Shown piece after piece: positions 13,144 through 27,262 of a DNA stretch of 64,000 bases. Source of the stretch: Lingula anatina (lineage: Eukaryota; Animalia; Brachiopoda); the NCBI GenBank assembly GCA_051362555.1, contig CM120648.1:5824587-5888586 (forward strand), written 5' to 3'. How positions within the stretch are numbered: the first letter of the stretch is position 1; each line of letters begins with the position of its first letter. The position numbers were made by a program, and so were the translations under genes. The notes beneath the pieces were generated by a model. That model was given only the letters and a program-made list of their open reading frames with translations, had not been told where the DNA came from and ran no database searches.

Positions 13144-15293
13144 TATGTACTATATGTATCAGGGGGTAGGAAAATGTCACCGGGTTATCACATCAAACTG
13201 TCACATGGGTCTTACGACAACAGCCTGGGGACACTTGCTAAGACGCACATACACCGTAGGTCCCTTGTCATCCCAACTCTTGTCATCGGGTCATATTTTT
13301 CATTTCCTGGGATAAATATTAGGCAAAAGTGACAGTTGGTGTATTTATCTTAGAGCATTATGATAACCCCTTGCAGCTGTCTTCTTGTAATTTGGGTTTA
13401 AATGTGTTGTTAGATATTGTAAAGAATTGTCACTTGTTATTTTCATTTCATACGGTATATAGTACCAATTTTTTTATCATACTGCAAACCAAGCAACCCA
13501 TGAAGGTTAGGACAAATACATAAATATGTTTTCCATATAGTAACTTTTTTTCACACTGAAAGTCATTTTCACACATTAAATTTTTCTGTCAATTTATGTA
13601 TCATCTAAAAATGAAAATTTAAGGAATACATAGAAACAGTATTGTTGTTAAACTGTCAGATTTGTAAACAAAACAGGTTCGCCACACTCTTCCCCAAGGC
13701 AAATATGGCAGATACACCCTCTGCCTCGAACCTATAATTTTAAAATATTAAACCAACCAGAAGCCACCCCAAGGGTTACTGTTTGAGAATACAATAGAAT
13801 CTGAAAACTGAACTCTTTCAAAACACAAATGACACATCTTCACCTGTGAGCCACAAATATTTTTCAGGTTACCTGTAACTAAAAGAATGCTGCAGGTGTC
13901 CAGCCAGGACCTTACGCCTAGAATGTTTTTGTTTTCTTAAAACATGACCTATAAACTGGTACAAAGTTCTTCAGGTAAGCTATAAACACTACGCAGGTCT
14001 ACAGAATGCTTTAGGTGATTCCTGTACATTTGGTGCCGATACACAATCACAAATGGCACTGAGAAAAACATGGCCGCACAGACCAATGTCTCCGATTCCC
14101 TCATTGCCATCATAAAAAGATGACCTAGGTACAAAGAAGAGGTTCAAACCCATTGCTCCAGGTGTGACAAGTACACAATAGTTAGCCATTGGGAAGTTTT
14201 AAAATCCATTTAATAAACTGGAAACAAGTTAAAAGATGACACCTTAGGATACAATTCTGAGACAGGCAAATTAAGGTCAGGTACAAGGTAAAGATCTGAC
14301 TCATATCAAGTGAATCATTAAGATGTCAAGATGAGAGAGAGAGAGAGAAGGAGAGATGAAGGAATGAAGAGATAGAGAGGTGATAGCAGAAATATAACAT
14401 TTTCTTTCCAAATCCTTATATAAAATTGCACCCAGTTGATATTGAAGTGCTCACATCAATGTGACACTTCTAAGTAAAGTGCAATTACGCAAGTGTTAAT
14501 TTCACTATAAATGGCAGCTAGGTCAGATGGCAGGAGTGAAGGAAGAAAATATTCTGCAGAATGAAGGAGAGTGGGTCACAGAAAGCACATCATATACAGG
14601 TTCACTGTGAATATCCGAGCAGAGCTATTTCATCTAAATATTACAGCAAGCAAACCAAACAGTGAGATAATCAATGACAACATAAAGGGTCTAAGTGCAT
14701 TACCTAATCCATTGATCTGGTAATCGGCTGCTATTAGGCACTGTTTGTATGCTATTGATTCACCTATTACAGTTAATGAATGGCAGAAATTACGACTAGC
14801 CACTATTCATTGCTTGTGTATATAGCAGGAGGTGGGGATTGGGGGGGGGGGGGGGGGAGGGCAATAACTTTTGACTAATGGAAAATGAAGTGTCTGGTTT
14901 ATGGCATTGCATCTTATTTATTCGATATTATGCAGGGATTAAAAAAAAAGGGAATGAACTCTAAAACACCTACGTGTATGTGTTGAGATTAACTGAAATA
15001 ATCTTTATAAATTCCTAAATAAATGTAAAGAAATGCTTCATTAGGACACAAAGTATTCTACCTGTTTTTGATGCAAACTTATTTTTTTATCACTTTTAAC
15101 CATTCAAATATGCTTCTGCTGTACATGTAATATGTCTCATGACTACTACTTTCCCCTCCCCAACCCCCCAAAAAAGACAAACAGAAAAAGAATACTCTTT
15201 AAACCTTTCATGCCTTAACATATAATGATTAACCTCAACTTCACCTGTATAAAAACATCGTCACAAGGTTGCCATATTTTCCTTATGCATCTA

Positions 15294-15459
15294 CAGGCCT
15301 ATAGCCAGAGGGTTTTCAGGTGGTTTGAAAGAACCCCCTTTCTACTGAGAAAAGACCCCCTCTGGGTAAATTTTGATATAGGTACACATAGGGTTTTATG
15401 GTAAAAGGTCCACTTTTTCATATAGAAACCCACTTTTGAAATTCCTGGCTACGGGCTTA
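15294..15459. mobile_element. MITE family A, diverged copy, 5-bp TSD ATCTA
   Basis: CAGGCCTATAGCCAG ... CTGGCTACGGGCTTA, ATCTA on both flanks, same internal motifs. Confidence 0.85.
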
Positions 15460-16435
15460 ATCTATTCTTCCCTTTCCAGTGCTTGCTGTCCCCATTCATG
15501 AGCAAACCCATTACACCAGCCTGAGACTGTGGCAGTTGTGTAATGGTGGCATTGGAGAATTCTGCTGGCATATACTGTACCTATATATCGTACATGTTGT
15601 GTAAACGTAGCTACATACAAATACTGTACATGTTCTGTAATGGTAGCCACATCCAGTAAATGTTGTATAAGGGTATTAACATACTGTCAAGAATTTATTA
15701 TTGATACTGTATATCATAATATGCACTCAGTCTGAACAAAATTAACAAGCCTGTATGCAAGGGATGGGGTATGCTTTTTTTGGCTGGAAACAGTTCATTC
15801 TGAACCAAAATTTGGTGTAATTTTTATGCAATTTTTCAAGTTCTGTCAATTAAAGAGGTAAAAAGTATCATTTTTTTAGAAGAATAATCTCTCTTCGGAA
15901 TTGCTGTGTACAGGCCTGTCTGGACACTGTATTACGTTTTTCTGTTCTCAATCTGGACAAATTTGATTCATCACATTTCCTGAGGCAGCAGAGCTGAAAG
16001 CACGGTAATTGAAGTTTACCTAATCCATTTGAGGAGCAACTGAAAATGAGATACCTCACAAAAATGAAACCTTGGAATCTATGCAATATGGGATTTCATC
16101 TGCATATATCTAGCCTGTGGCAACCATAGTATTTACTAAATAAATACAGAAAAAAAAAGAAAATGAAAGCAAAGTAGTATTCAAGAGGCTAATGTGGTTC
16201 TTCGTTCTCCAATTCACTTGCAGTATTCATAGACATCTGTAAAAAAATATTACACTATCTGAAATAAAAATGAAAAGGCGACTTCTGATTGATTTTTAAG
16301 TCTATGTCATGATATACCTTTTACAACCAGTGCCACTAATCAACCTAGAAAACAAAAGAAAAATGAAAGTTACATGTGATAAGGTATTTTGTATATATAT
16401 ATACCGTATATGCTGCCCTCATAAGAAGAACATAC

Positions 16436-16664
16436 CTTGTAATTGCCTTGTTGGTCCATTCAAATAACTAAACTGGTGCTGCGGTGGCATACGTCGTACT
16501 TTAGGATATGTCTGATAGGATGGGGATGTGTCTCTCCCGGAGCGAGGCACACTATATCCATTAGTGTTGAAAGAAGTCGACTTTAAAGCGGTGCCATTTT
16601 CCCTAAAATCCATGTTGGGATTCATGGCCGAATCCAAGTTATCTGCGCTTTTTACTCGATTCAT
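16436..16664 (-). CDS. Candidate internal alternative first exon downstream of the RBD (MNRVKSADNLDSAMNPNMDFRENG...GPTRQLQ)
   Basis: accATG context, 76 codons plus 1 nt to AAG|GTATGT. Phase 1, the same as the RBD exon end. CpG-rich exon and upstream region. Confidence 0.65.
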
Positions 16665-19600
16665 GGTTCTAATGTTGACAGTGACTAGTTAATAAGGCAT
16701 GTCATTTGACCCCAATACTCTGCTTTTTTTCCCCTTCTATTATCCTTCAGCATGAATAATCAGTGTTTATTGGGTTATTTTCATCAAATAACCCTCTTTG
16801 AAACATTATATCCAAAGATTAAATTACCACGCACCTTCTGACCTCAAAAATGGCCCTTGTCTTATCCTCTGCGAAGATAATGAAGACAAATTTTGTTACT
16901 GTCACTCTATTAAGCCAGTCGTGCTAGTATTACTGCAGGCTTATGTAGAGAACATCTAATCTCCTCCGTAAATCAACCTGCAGAACCTGACCTAAAAAAA
17001 TTCCTCCTTTCTCTTTCTTATTCCGTCCTAAGCATGATTAACATTCTTGACAATATCAGGCAAGGTACCTTATTAAGGATAACGATAATCACACACTCAG
17101 CTAATATCCATGTACAGTAACGCAGTATAAAAAAAGGCTATACACTTCAACATGTATCTAGATCACTCTTTGCTGTGAAAGAATTCCATCATATCCAGAT
17201 TATACAGATACCACACAACTGTATAGCTTTAAAGTCACCATTACACTCCACTTTCCATGCGACACGTCATTCTATGATTTTCACTTAAAATCCATAATTC
17301 TGTTTTTTTGTCAAATCAGTCTAATAATTCCTCGTGTATGTTCAGCTAAAGGTCAACTCACTTTAACTAACGTTAATATGGTATTCCTGTGTCAATCCTT
17401 TCTTATAAAGTGTCACCGAGACAGGTATGTTCCTCTAACCCTGGCATGCACCTGATGTGACGATAATTGCCGTGTCCTCCCATATCAAATTAGTATCCAT
17501 ATAGGAGCCCTTTCATTCTCCTCGGTGAATCATTGTTCTAGTATTTCAACTGGTCATAACTTCGAGTACAAACCGTTGAGCTGCCTGTTAAGTCTTTAAC
17601 AGGTACTCCCTAAAAGCGTGTATGTAGAATATCATATGCATGTAATTTCTTTTTTTTTTACGTGTAGACAATGTCACCATATAAAAGCCATTAACTGCAT
17701 GTATACTATCACACCGTTTAATGAAGAAAAAATTTAACCTAGAATAACTTCCGTCCGTGTATCCTTATCTCTTAAAACCAACTCCACTCCTTTAAGGTAT
17801 CTGTTTTTTTATCAGCTTATATTTAGGAGTTTATCATATACATATAAATGTATTTAGTAATCTGTCTCACTCTGCACCACAAAAAGACTACTGTTGTTGT
17901 TGTTTTTCTAATGCGGTTTTCCAACTTCAGAAAATATGTATTGTCCACAAGTTGAGACACATTTATCATTACATGGCCAATCCTTTCTTTCTAAATGTTT
18001 CTCTGTTTTTATTCACTGTATTCACCTGTTGGCTTTGGTATCAGCATATGTCACAGTCTCTCAAGGCACCAACTTGCTTTACAGAAATTGATCCCAACTT
18101 AACTTTTTTGTACCTTCTTTATATAACATGCCTTCTCTCCAGTCTTTTTCCTTTCCTCCATACAGTAAACAACATAAGTTGTCATTCAACCTTGCATGTC
18201 CAGTGAAATAAATGATTATCCGCCTTGCAGGTATTTCAGGCTTTCCTTATATGAGTTTATCAGAGATGACATCTCAGTCTTTCATGCAGTCAACACCATG
18301 CACAGTTCCTCCCCAAGTGTGCTTACTGTTCAATTTTATTGACGATTGCTTCTTGGTTAGAATCCAACCTGTTGCTTTCATTTACCTTGCATGCCACCTC
18401 CCCTGTAGAAAGTTACATATTTTTATTCTATATAATCAGAAAGTGTAGTATAAAGTCATTTACTACTCCACACGTGTACATGTCTAACTCTCGACATCTA
18501 AGTATCCCATTTAGATACCTGCAGGTTTTCTTTTTTATTACAGCACCTTTATGGTTATGACATCCACTTCAATGTTCTTGTCCCTGTAACCTTAAGTGGC
18601 AATTTCTCTCTCCCTTGATGTTTCACTGTTAAGGTGTGTATATATAATAACAGGTGAGAGTCCCCATCAATTAAGTCAGGTATGCCACACAGGTGACCTT
18701 CAAGTTATATATACGTATTAACCATGTGAACCTCACATATAATAAATATGTAAACGACTAAGTCATTTATCAAAATGGGTCTCGGTTAATATAAAATGAA
18801 ATTCCAGACGTTCAAAATTATCACATCATATATATGACGTCTTGCTTTTTAACACTTCCTCCACAGCTTACAATGTCTCTGTAGAGTAGAAACAGTTGGA
18901 CGCTTTGTTCCTTTCAATACAAACTGCAAAAGTGCTGTCCTTTTTACTTTCTTCAACTTTTCTGCCTAAGTGACTTCCCTCTGTGTAATCAGGTAATCAG
19001 GACCAAAAGAACATTACCCGTATGGTGCCTCTACCTCACACTGCCAAATTGTGGGCCCCAGTGTGATGAAATCATCTCCCAGTTGACAGGTTGATGAACA
19101 GGTGCCACTCAGGAATTACCTTGATCCTCCCCTATATATGACTCTCCGCCACGTCTGGATACCTACAGTCCACATAGCCAAGTGACTGATGCTAATTGCA
19201 TAGGGCTGCATTCAATGTATTTTAGTTCTCAATGCTCTACTGTTACTGTTGAAGAAGATGACTTATTAGAGGCTGATAATGATAGTTCGGTTCTCATCAA
19301 CGTCTTACTGCATGGTATTCAAATAAGCTGTACCTTTTTTGGGTGCAACTGGTTTATGACATTCCACTGTGTGTGTGTGGTTGTGAAACATCTTCTTCAC
19401 TGAGCTTGAATTAAGGTCTGCAGTTTTTTCTCAGAAAGTTATCTCAGTGACTATCTCCTGAATACTTACAGTCATGACAGCATGGACTGCTAGCACTGAC
19501 GTAGATGCTGCAGTGGTTATTTGAGTGATGCAATTTTTACTACACTCAACAATTCCACATCATCTTGTCTATTGAGTCTCCCTTGACTATGCTAGTAGTA

Positions 19601-21319
19601 ATGAGTGGCTTATTTCATGGACAACTGTCTCACAGGCAAAAATTACTCTGATGATTTACTGAATTACTCTCAGCTTCGCTGACCGCAACCAGGAACAATG
19701 GTTATCTAATGCGCCAATGACGTCCTCTGTCGTTTCAGGTCTTCAGGGCAGGGTGACATCACGGTTGACATCCTGGTGGACATCTCGCGACACACCTATC
19801 ACTTTCAGCATAGATCTACGTGATTCCACTTTCACCATGGGTTGCTGGCAAGTGTCAATGAGTCTCTATGATAATACTGAACGTACGTGTCTCACAGGAG
19901 GGTGCACTTCCACTTTGACAACTGCAAGGGGTGTGCTTAAACTATGTTATAAACTTGACCATTCATAAAGACATAATGTTTCATCTTTAGCCAATTCGAT
20001 ATCAAGTTGTTCCCGTTTACCTCTTATGTTCTGATAACGAGATAAAACTGACCAGACAGACACTCAGTACCTAGCTTCAATGTTGGCGACATTTTTAAAC
20101 ACAACCTAGCTGGATGTCCTATTAGTGTGGGCAGTGGGTTGTAATATATATATATCAGATCTTTTAACTTGGGATTTATACCGTGTCCACATTCCCAAAG
20201 TCTGACCAGGATTGTTTTAAAATGATATGATTAAATATTTAATGTCAACAGCATGCCCTTGGCTTAATTGTCCCTAATTAGTCCATGTGACATAGCTGAC
20301 CCCAGTTACTCACTGGCTAATCATTAGATTGTTGTGTGATTATTATATATATTTATAATATAATTATATCCACATATATTTATATTTTTTCTTTTATGAC
20401 TGACTGTGTTACCTATGCAGACGATGGTATCCTGCTAAGCTTCATAAAGTCATACATACAAAATAAAAGCTGGTAGTGTTTTTGTAAGTTTTGTCAAATT
20501 CCAGTCTACTGCTAAACATTACGAAGGTTTTGCATGTTGCTTTGGTATTACTTTTTGAGACAACATACAGTGTCACCCTTAATGCAGCTGAAAGGTTAGC
20601 CCAACCTCATACAGATTTTGTCAAATTATCTGGTCTGATGCATATAACATCACACATTGTCAACAGCCTCAATGAAGGCTACCTCATTCTGACAGAAAAA
20701 TTGCTAAATTACACCATGATCACACAGTCAAACATGTGACAGTATCCTTTTGATAACATTGCCCATGTTTATTCCAATGTGGTGTCGCTTAAAAAACATA
20801 AACAGACCTCCAAGCTAATTAGCTCCAACTTGTCTAATTCCTATTACTGTTTTTCAGCTCTACTGTCAGGTATAGTAACCAGCTAATTGCTGTCACGACC
20901 TTGAAGTAGCCTCAGGCACATGGCTGTTGTAGTGTGAAATCAACCCAAGGCAGAGTTCATAATGTGACATTTCCTGCTTAGAGATATGAGGTGGCTTCAC
21001 AGCGACATGTCATCTGATCTTGGCCAACTTTGATGTCATCATTATTTTTCTCTGATCAGCTGGTTGCCATGGTTATAGTGATGAATAGATGTGCGTTGTT
21101 GTCTTCTGACCCTGAAGCCAGGACGTAACTTGTCACCAAATTCAATTTTTGAAAAATTTACTCAGTACACATTTAATCTACATGTCAAACAGTCCACCTC
21201 AAAGACATTCTTATTTACTTAACAAAACAAAATCCTATAGGAGAAACTAATTTATAACATCAATGTAGTATGCTAATGTGAATTCATCAACCATATACTG
21301 TACATTTCAATGCCACATC

Positions 21320-21321
<2 letters not shown>

Positions 21322-21362
<41 letters not shown>
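21322..21362. repeat. (CT)n microsatellite
   Basis: Directly visible. Confidence 0.95.
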
Positions 21363-21365
<3 letters not shown>

Positions 21366-22604
21366 AACCTGGTACAAAATCATGAAGCCACTGTAAAAAC
21401 ACTCCACACATGAATCTATTCCATTTTCAATCATCTTAGGTCACAATCAATATGTTTGAAGAGACTAATAATGTGCCAGCAGCCACTCAATAATGCTCAC
21501 ATAATCCACTTTGACCAGATAATCACCATGATCTTGGCCGCCATAATGCAGGTCACAATTCAGACATGCTCTGCCTACACAGGCTACTGCTGGTATGAAG
21601 AACATGCAAAAATGCATGGTAATTATAGGCATCAATTTTTTTCTTACTTCAAAAAACAAAACTGAACTGAAGAAATCTCAAAGATTATCTCTTATATCTG
21701 GACCGGGTTTATGCGCATGATATTGTTCTTTTCCTCAAATAATATTTGTATTCATAACAAATTCACAGTGGGTAAAAACAAACGAGAAGCATCAGTTAAT
21801 ATTAAGTATAACAGGAATGTTGTTGTGCTACCTACTCAAGGCGGAAAAAAAAGAAAATAAAACTTAGTTAACTCATAATCAATGTCTAGCAGTGCCTTCA
21901 AGTAATATCTATTTAATATGACAGAGAAATGTTCCCACAGCCCACCCTCAGAAAGCACCTGTCAAATGGCTTCTCAAATCAACAGGTGAAATGCAAGGAG
22001 ATAAATATCACAGTTCAAAAATTTCACTTAGCCTTTCTGCTATCTGCAACTAGATCAGTTTAACCCCTTCCAACAAGTTCCAACAGGTTCCAACAGCTAA
22101 GTTATGCAGATTACAGCAGATATCATGGGAAAAAACTCCCTCATATTCTGTCTGTGGCATCTCGTTACAGCCTATGATCTGCCAGGCTTGTAGTGCTATG
22201 ACCAAATTATGGTGAATAACCTGTGCAAAAAGAATTCAAGGTCAGCACAGAGATATTTGTAAAATGCCAAAACATACAGATGCATGACATGACCAGACTA
22301 ATTCTCCAGAAATAATTTTGATAAGACTTTGGGCACAAGTCTTTCAGGTCTTTTTTCTTATTAACATCAGCCATTTATTTAGTGTATGAGAGAAAGCATC
22401 TTTGCCAAGTTCTGCAGTTATAATTTAGATATAAACCTTTGATTATTCAAAGCAAGAGTTGTTTTTCTTTAACCATGCTATATTTTTTTTTCCAGCTACT
22501 GATGAAAAGAAGTTAGAATTAAGACGTTTAAGAAAGATCTGAAGTTAAGTGCTCATTCACAATAAAAGAGCAAGTTTCCTTCTGAAGTTTCTTTTACAAT
22601 GCAA

Positions 22605-22733
22605 GACCGTTTTCTGGGTCTCTCGCATGACAGCCAGATTTTCAAGTTAACACTGACAGGTATCTAATTTTTTTATGTCGGATGGATCAACAAAGATCAT
22701 TTGGAAGACTGTCAGAAAATATATCTGTATCAG
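22605..22733 (-). mobile_element. MITE family B, inverted and decayed copy
   Basis: ATGGATCAACAAAGATCATTTGGAAGACTGTCAGAAAATAT is the reverse complement of the family B core. Confidence 0.7.
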
Positions 22734-23934
22734 AACCAGTAATTTTATCATTCTTGTGTCATTTAGCACATGCTGACAAAGAAGTGCTTGATGAAAAACA
22801 TCCAATTAATCCCTACTACACTATATTAGAAGCTTATTCTAATACAATTAATCCATATTACCATGACAATGAAAATATCAAACACATCCCCAACACTGTA
22901 TCTTGTTAATCACACAAAAAGCACCAATCATTAAACCACAAAGGGAAAATGATCAACTTAACAAATATGTTGAAACATTTTCAGAACATCCGATCCATAG
23001 TGCAGTCCATTTTATCCAACTTAATGAGACAATTTCTGATTATGTGTGTGCCCTTTTCAATAATGGAAAACATAACTATGTAGACATGGAACAGCAATTG
23101 TGAAATGGTGACTGTTACAATATGCAAATGGCTGAAAGTAAATTATTTATTATAATAAATATTTGTCATAACAACCCTATACAAGTGGTTCAACTAACCA
23201 GTCATTTCATACAGTTTTATACACTTGATGGAATTTTCATGCAAAGACATCTTTGCCAACATGACATTTCTCAAAATGTGTAGAACTATTGTCTAATTTC
23301 TCAGCAATGATAGAATAACAGCTGTAAACAAAAGGTGTTCACAGAGAATGTTTAGAGTCAGCAACTATGAGTTCAGGTTCTACACAGCTGCAGTATATTT
23401 ATGTATGTGTTACGTACATAGAGAATCAATCAGAAATAGAACCAATCAATCAATCAATCAACTGATAACACATCCTTCTTCTTCTTCTTCACAGGATGTT
23501 AGCTGAAACTGAAATAAAAGTGGAACTGTCACAACTTTATAGCTTTTCAGCCGCATTCTTACAAAATATAAGAAAGTTCCTACTTTAGCCAACTCCAGGA
23601 TACAGGGGGATGAAGGGTGGTAGAGGGTTATGAGATTATAGACTCCACCTCCAGGGTCTGCTGGTCAACGGACCTCTGTCAAGATGGGGTGTTTGATACC
23701 TCGTCCAACTTGACGACAGGTCGTCAGGATCCGGTTATTAAATGGCAGACTGAAATCAAGACAGGTTACATCCTACCTCTGTTTCCAGCCACTGTCTTCT
23801 GTTGAAAATAATCTGACCACTGTCCTTTTCGCAAATTCCTGCCACTGCCACACAGGAGCCAGTTACAGTTTCCCCTATGATACGATATTACACAACACCA
23901 TGGGGAGCTGAAAACAAGACAAACCAGTCCCTAC

Positions 23935-24071
23935 CTTTCACTGTGAGCTGGGTTCCTCCTAGATGGAATGTATCAAATTCGAGTTTCAGAGGGGTGTGAG
24001 AGGCGTCTATGAACACATTCAGCTTGTCAACAATGATCGCTCGCTTTTCACATAAAGGCAACAAGGCATCC
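23935..24071 (-). CDS. PLEKHG5: PLEKHG5-like exon: RBD domain, second part
   Basis: aag| and |gtagg, 137 nt, phase 2->1. DALLPLCEKRAIIVDKLNVFIDASHTPLKLEFDTFHLGGTQLTVK, compared with recalled human [45 protein letters not shown]. Confidence 0.9.
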
Positions 24072-24521
24072 CTTTAATTCAAAGAAAATAAATCATCAAA
24101 ATTTTGTTCTTACTAGAATAGGAAATATTCAACAAAGTATCAATTTTGTAAAATGTGTTACTTACAGTTCGGTCTCTATTATAATACATGAATACACTGT
24201 TAAGTATCTAATATATCTTTTGACCAATTTCACAATGATTCATCCCTGCTTTCCCTTTAACCTTGAGTAGTTTATATGCTTTGATCAACCTGCTCCAAAT
24301 CAACATCAATTTGAGCAACTATACTAGAAATGTCCATGGTGCCACACTCTACTATTGGCCAAAAAGACACTTCATCCAAAATGTTTCTGCTTTTTCCTCA
24401 AACTATAAGGATGCATTCATTGCCTAACCTTCTGACAAAAATAATTTGTTCTCATTTGTTTCAAAAAGAAAACCATAAAGGGTTTCATCAGATTTAGCTG
24501 TCATGGACTTCCATGTCTTAC

Positions 24522-24616
24522 CTGAGTGTCACGCCTGCCACTGCGGTGACTATTTCTATGTCTAACTCCTCAAACATGTCAAACTTCAGAGTGAAACAAT
24601 CTCGACTGATGGAATG
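24522..24616 (-). CDS. PLEKHG5: PLEKHG5-like exon: Ras-binding-like (RBD) domain, first part
   Basis: tttccag| and |gtaag, 95 nt, phase 0->2. HSISRDCFTLKFDMFEELDIEIVTAVAGVTL(R), compared with recalled human CFTLKFDLNVDIETEIVPA. Confidence 0.9.
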
Positions 24617-25985
24617 CTGGAAATAAATCAGATGTGGAAAGTTATATCAAGTTTTCTTAGTTTAAAAATCAATCCGGAATTCATTCAAATGACCAGCATG
24701 GTGTCATATGTGTAGAATCTACAGAAAGCGCTGAATATGTGATTTTACAATAAAAAAAAGTATTACAAATTCTGAAAGCATATAAATCGTAGTAAAATAC
24801 TTCCATCTCAATTCTTGAACTTTGCATTTTAAATATCATTCATGGATGCTAAACTTAGGATGAGTCTTACATTAAAATACTCATGACCTTATATCTACAA
24901 ATGAACTGCATTATCATCAAACACAATTTGTTAACACAAATACTGGTCTCATCCAAACACAATGATTGTCTCAACTAACACATTAGGTGGTACAGTCTCA
25001 TCCCAACACAACCTAATGTCTCAATTACCACATTGAACCTCTCCATCACCCACTCTACACTCTTTTCACACTAGACACAGACTAAGAGCAAGAGAGATCT
25101 AACAGTTAATAAGTTCTATACTAAAACGGTATGTCAGACCTACACTACAAGAATATTAAACTTCTACATCTATCCTAATGAAAGAAAACAATTCACACAC
25201 ATTAACATGTATGTTAACAAATAAAAGTTTTGATCCAACCAGTTGTATTAAACTAAGGTAAAGCTGAAATTATAATTAAATCTAATATAGGAGGTTATAT
25301 TTGAAATAGAGATGATAACAAGTGATCATATCACTTCAAACATAGGCTCCTATAGGAAGATTGACAAAACACCCACATATATGACATGTAAAGATATTGA
25401 TTGATACACAAAGGGTTAGTTTCATAGCTGAGTAAAAGAAAGACCATGGATGTAAAATTAGCCAAAATTAAGGGGAAAAACACACTGAAAGTAAGCATCT
25501 CATCTCCTTGTTGCAACTATGTTCTCATAAAAGACACTGGATTAAGAAGGTGAAGTAACATTGAACTTTTTTACTATTACACATAATGATGTTGAAAGGC
25601 CTACGAAAATCAGCTGAAGTCATACAGAGAAAACAAATAATGAAAATAATAACAAGTGCCTAAATACAATAGCTATCTCTAGGTTTTTAAGACACTAATG
25701 TTCTGCAAGAACATCAACACACAAATACGATAAACCCAACACATATAAAAACCAACCTAATCTCTTTAAGTTTTTCTGCCAAAAAAAGCAATGAGGTAAG
25801 GAATGATGTAAAGAGGCACAAAAATACAATAGCTGCAAGAAACCCACATTATTCCAAATCCTAAAATGTATGCATAAAGAACTAACATTTAAAAACAAAA
25901 AGAAAAAACTAATAAACCCAAAAAATCAAAATCAACACTGAAACATGGAAGCAACCACACCATCAAAAACCTAGAATCTAAACAC

Positions 25986-26159
25986 CTTTTTATCCCAGTC
26001 TTTTGACTTGCCACCTCGGCTTCTTTGACGGAGAGAGGCAGGTTTTTTGGGAATTTTATAATTAAACCCCTCATCGCCCTGAACTGCATGCTTTAAAAAA
26101 TCGTCCGCCCCAAGGCTCTTGCTCCGCGATGATGCCAAATTACTGGACATCTGTTGCAT
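25986..26159 (-). CDS. Candidate internal alternative first exon (MQQMSSNLASSRSKSLGADDFLKHAVQGDEGFNYKIPKKPASLRQRSRGGKSKDWDKK)
   Basis: 58 codons from atcATG to AAG|GTGTTT (phase 0, fits the 24616 exon). GC/CpG-rich patch; the donor is weak. Confidence 0.5.
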
Positions 26160-27169
26160 GATGGGGGTAATAATAATAAATTAAGTTAGTTTGTAACAAC
26201 CACCAACTAAAATCTTCACAGCACTCGAATAATGTCAAATACAGGGTTGGCGCAGTTCTGTTTTAACATGAAAATAAACAGTTGCAAGACTAGTTGTAAT
26301 ATTATCAGTCTCATATGGAATTCATATCTATTCATTTTTCATCAATTCACTACCTAAAAATATATACAAAATCTAATTTACAGCTGCACTGTATATTGTG
26401 TTGCCCCTGGTTACCAAGTGGATTTTAACATGCATTTAAAAATACTTCACATGAAAACACATTGCAACATTAACAAATACTAAATAAAAGGCCATTCTGT
26501 CTTGAAATGGCACAAAAATGTTCATAGTGCACAAATAACATGATTTTCTAATGTCACAGCCAACAAAAAATCACATGGTAAGGAATTTTACGACCTGGAA
26601 CAAAGGCAGGCATAACTGCGTAGGGGGCAGTCGTGAAAAAAGTTTATCGAAATGCAAAAAAAAGAAAAAAAATACATAGCAAAAATAAAGCTAATGTCAC
26701 AATGCTAATGTCTAAAATGTCTTATTTTGCTACAGTAACTTGATTTGTTTCAGATTTCTAAAATGTGCTTGAGCCTAATATCAGTGGCAAGTTTCATAGA
26801 AGTACACCTCTAAAAAGCCGCCTCATAAGTGACCAGCTTTGGTCATCATAGAAAAAGTTCTTTTATCGACATTCCTCATCCTTGTGCTCACTTAACCCTA
26901 CACAATGACAAATGAACACCCTGCATGCATAAATAATAAATTTGAACATATCCATGGAATTAATATAAAAATAGGTCCATAACTCTAATTTGTGAGAGAG
27001 TGAAAAAAATGTAAGTATAGGGAAATCTGTGCAGTTTTTTATGAAGCCGTTTTCTTGTTGTACTAAAAGCAGAAGAGAAACATAAAGAAGTGAATCCATC
27101 CTCACACCGAGCTCCACTCTCTACAGCATGCAGTATATCAGTTTTATAGTACGTAATGTATACAATTAC

Positions 27170-27262
27170 CTCCAATGCAAACTGTGAAGAGTTCGCTACT
27201 AGGGAATGCAGGGCAAATTTGAGGGGATGCAGAGTTTCCGATTGCTTTGCTTTGCTCAACTC
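27170..27262 (-). CDS. Candidate in-frame cassette exon (ELSKAKQSETLHPLKFALHSLVANSSQFALE)
   Basis: atatcag| and GAG|GTAATT, 93 nt, phase 0->0 with no stop, inside a phase-0 intron. Confidence 0.4.

Noticed and set aside
19118-19980. Coding-looking, relatively GC-rich minus-strand stretch ending at a donor near 19118
   Set aside because: Stops interrupt the frames examined. Only a short phase-2 frame reaches the donor, and no homology is recognisable.
23560-23907. GC-richer segment with an acceptor-like TTTTCAG right after the RBD exon
   Set aside because: It would need a 27-nt intron, and the phase-1 frame stops after five codons.
1-23934. DH and PH catalytic exons of the RhoGEF
   Set aside because: No QQEAxWELxxTE-like or PHQRLTKYPLL-like motif was found by eye. 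They presumably lie left of the window.
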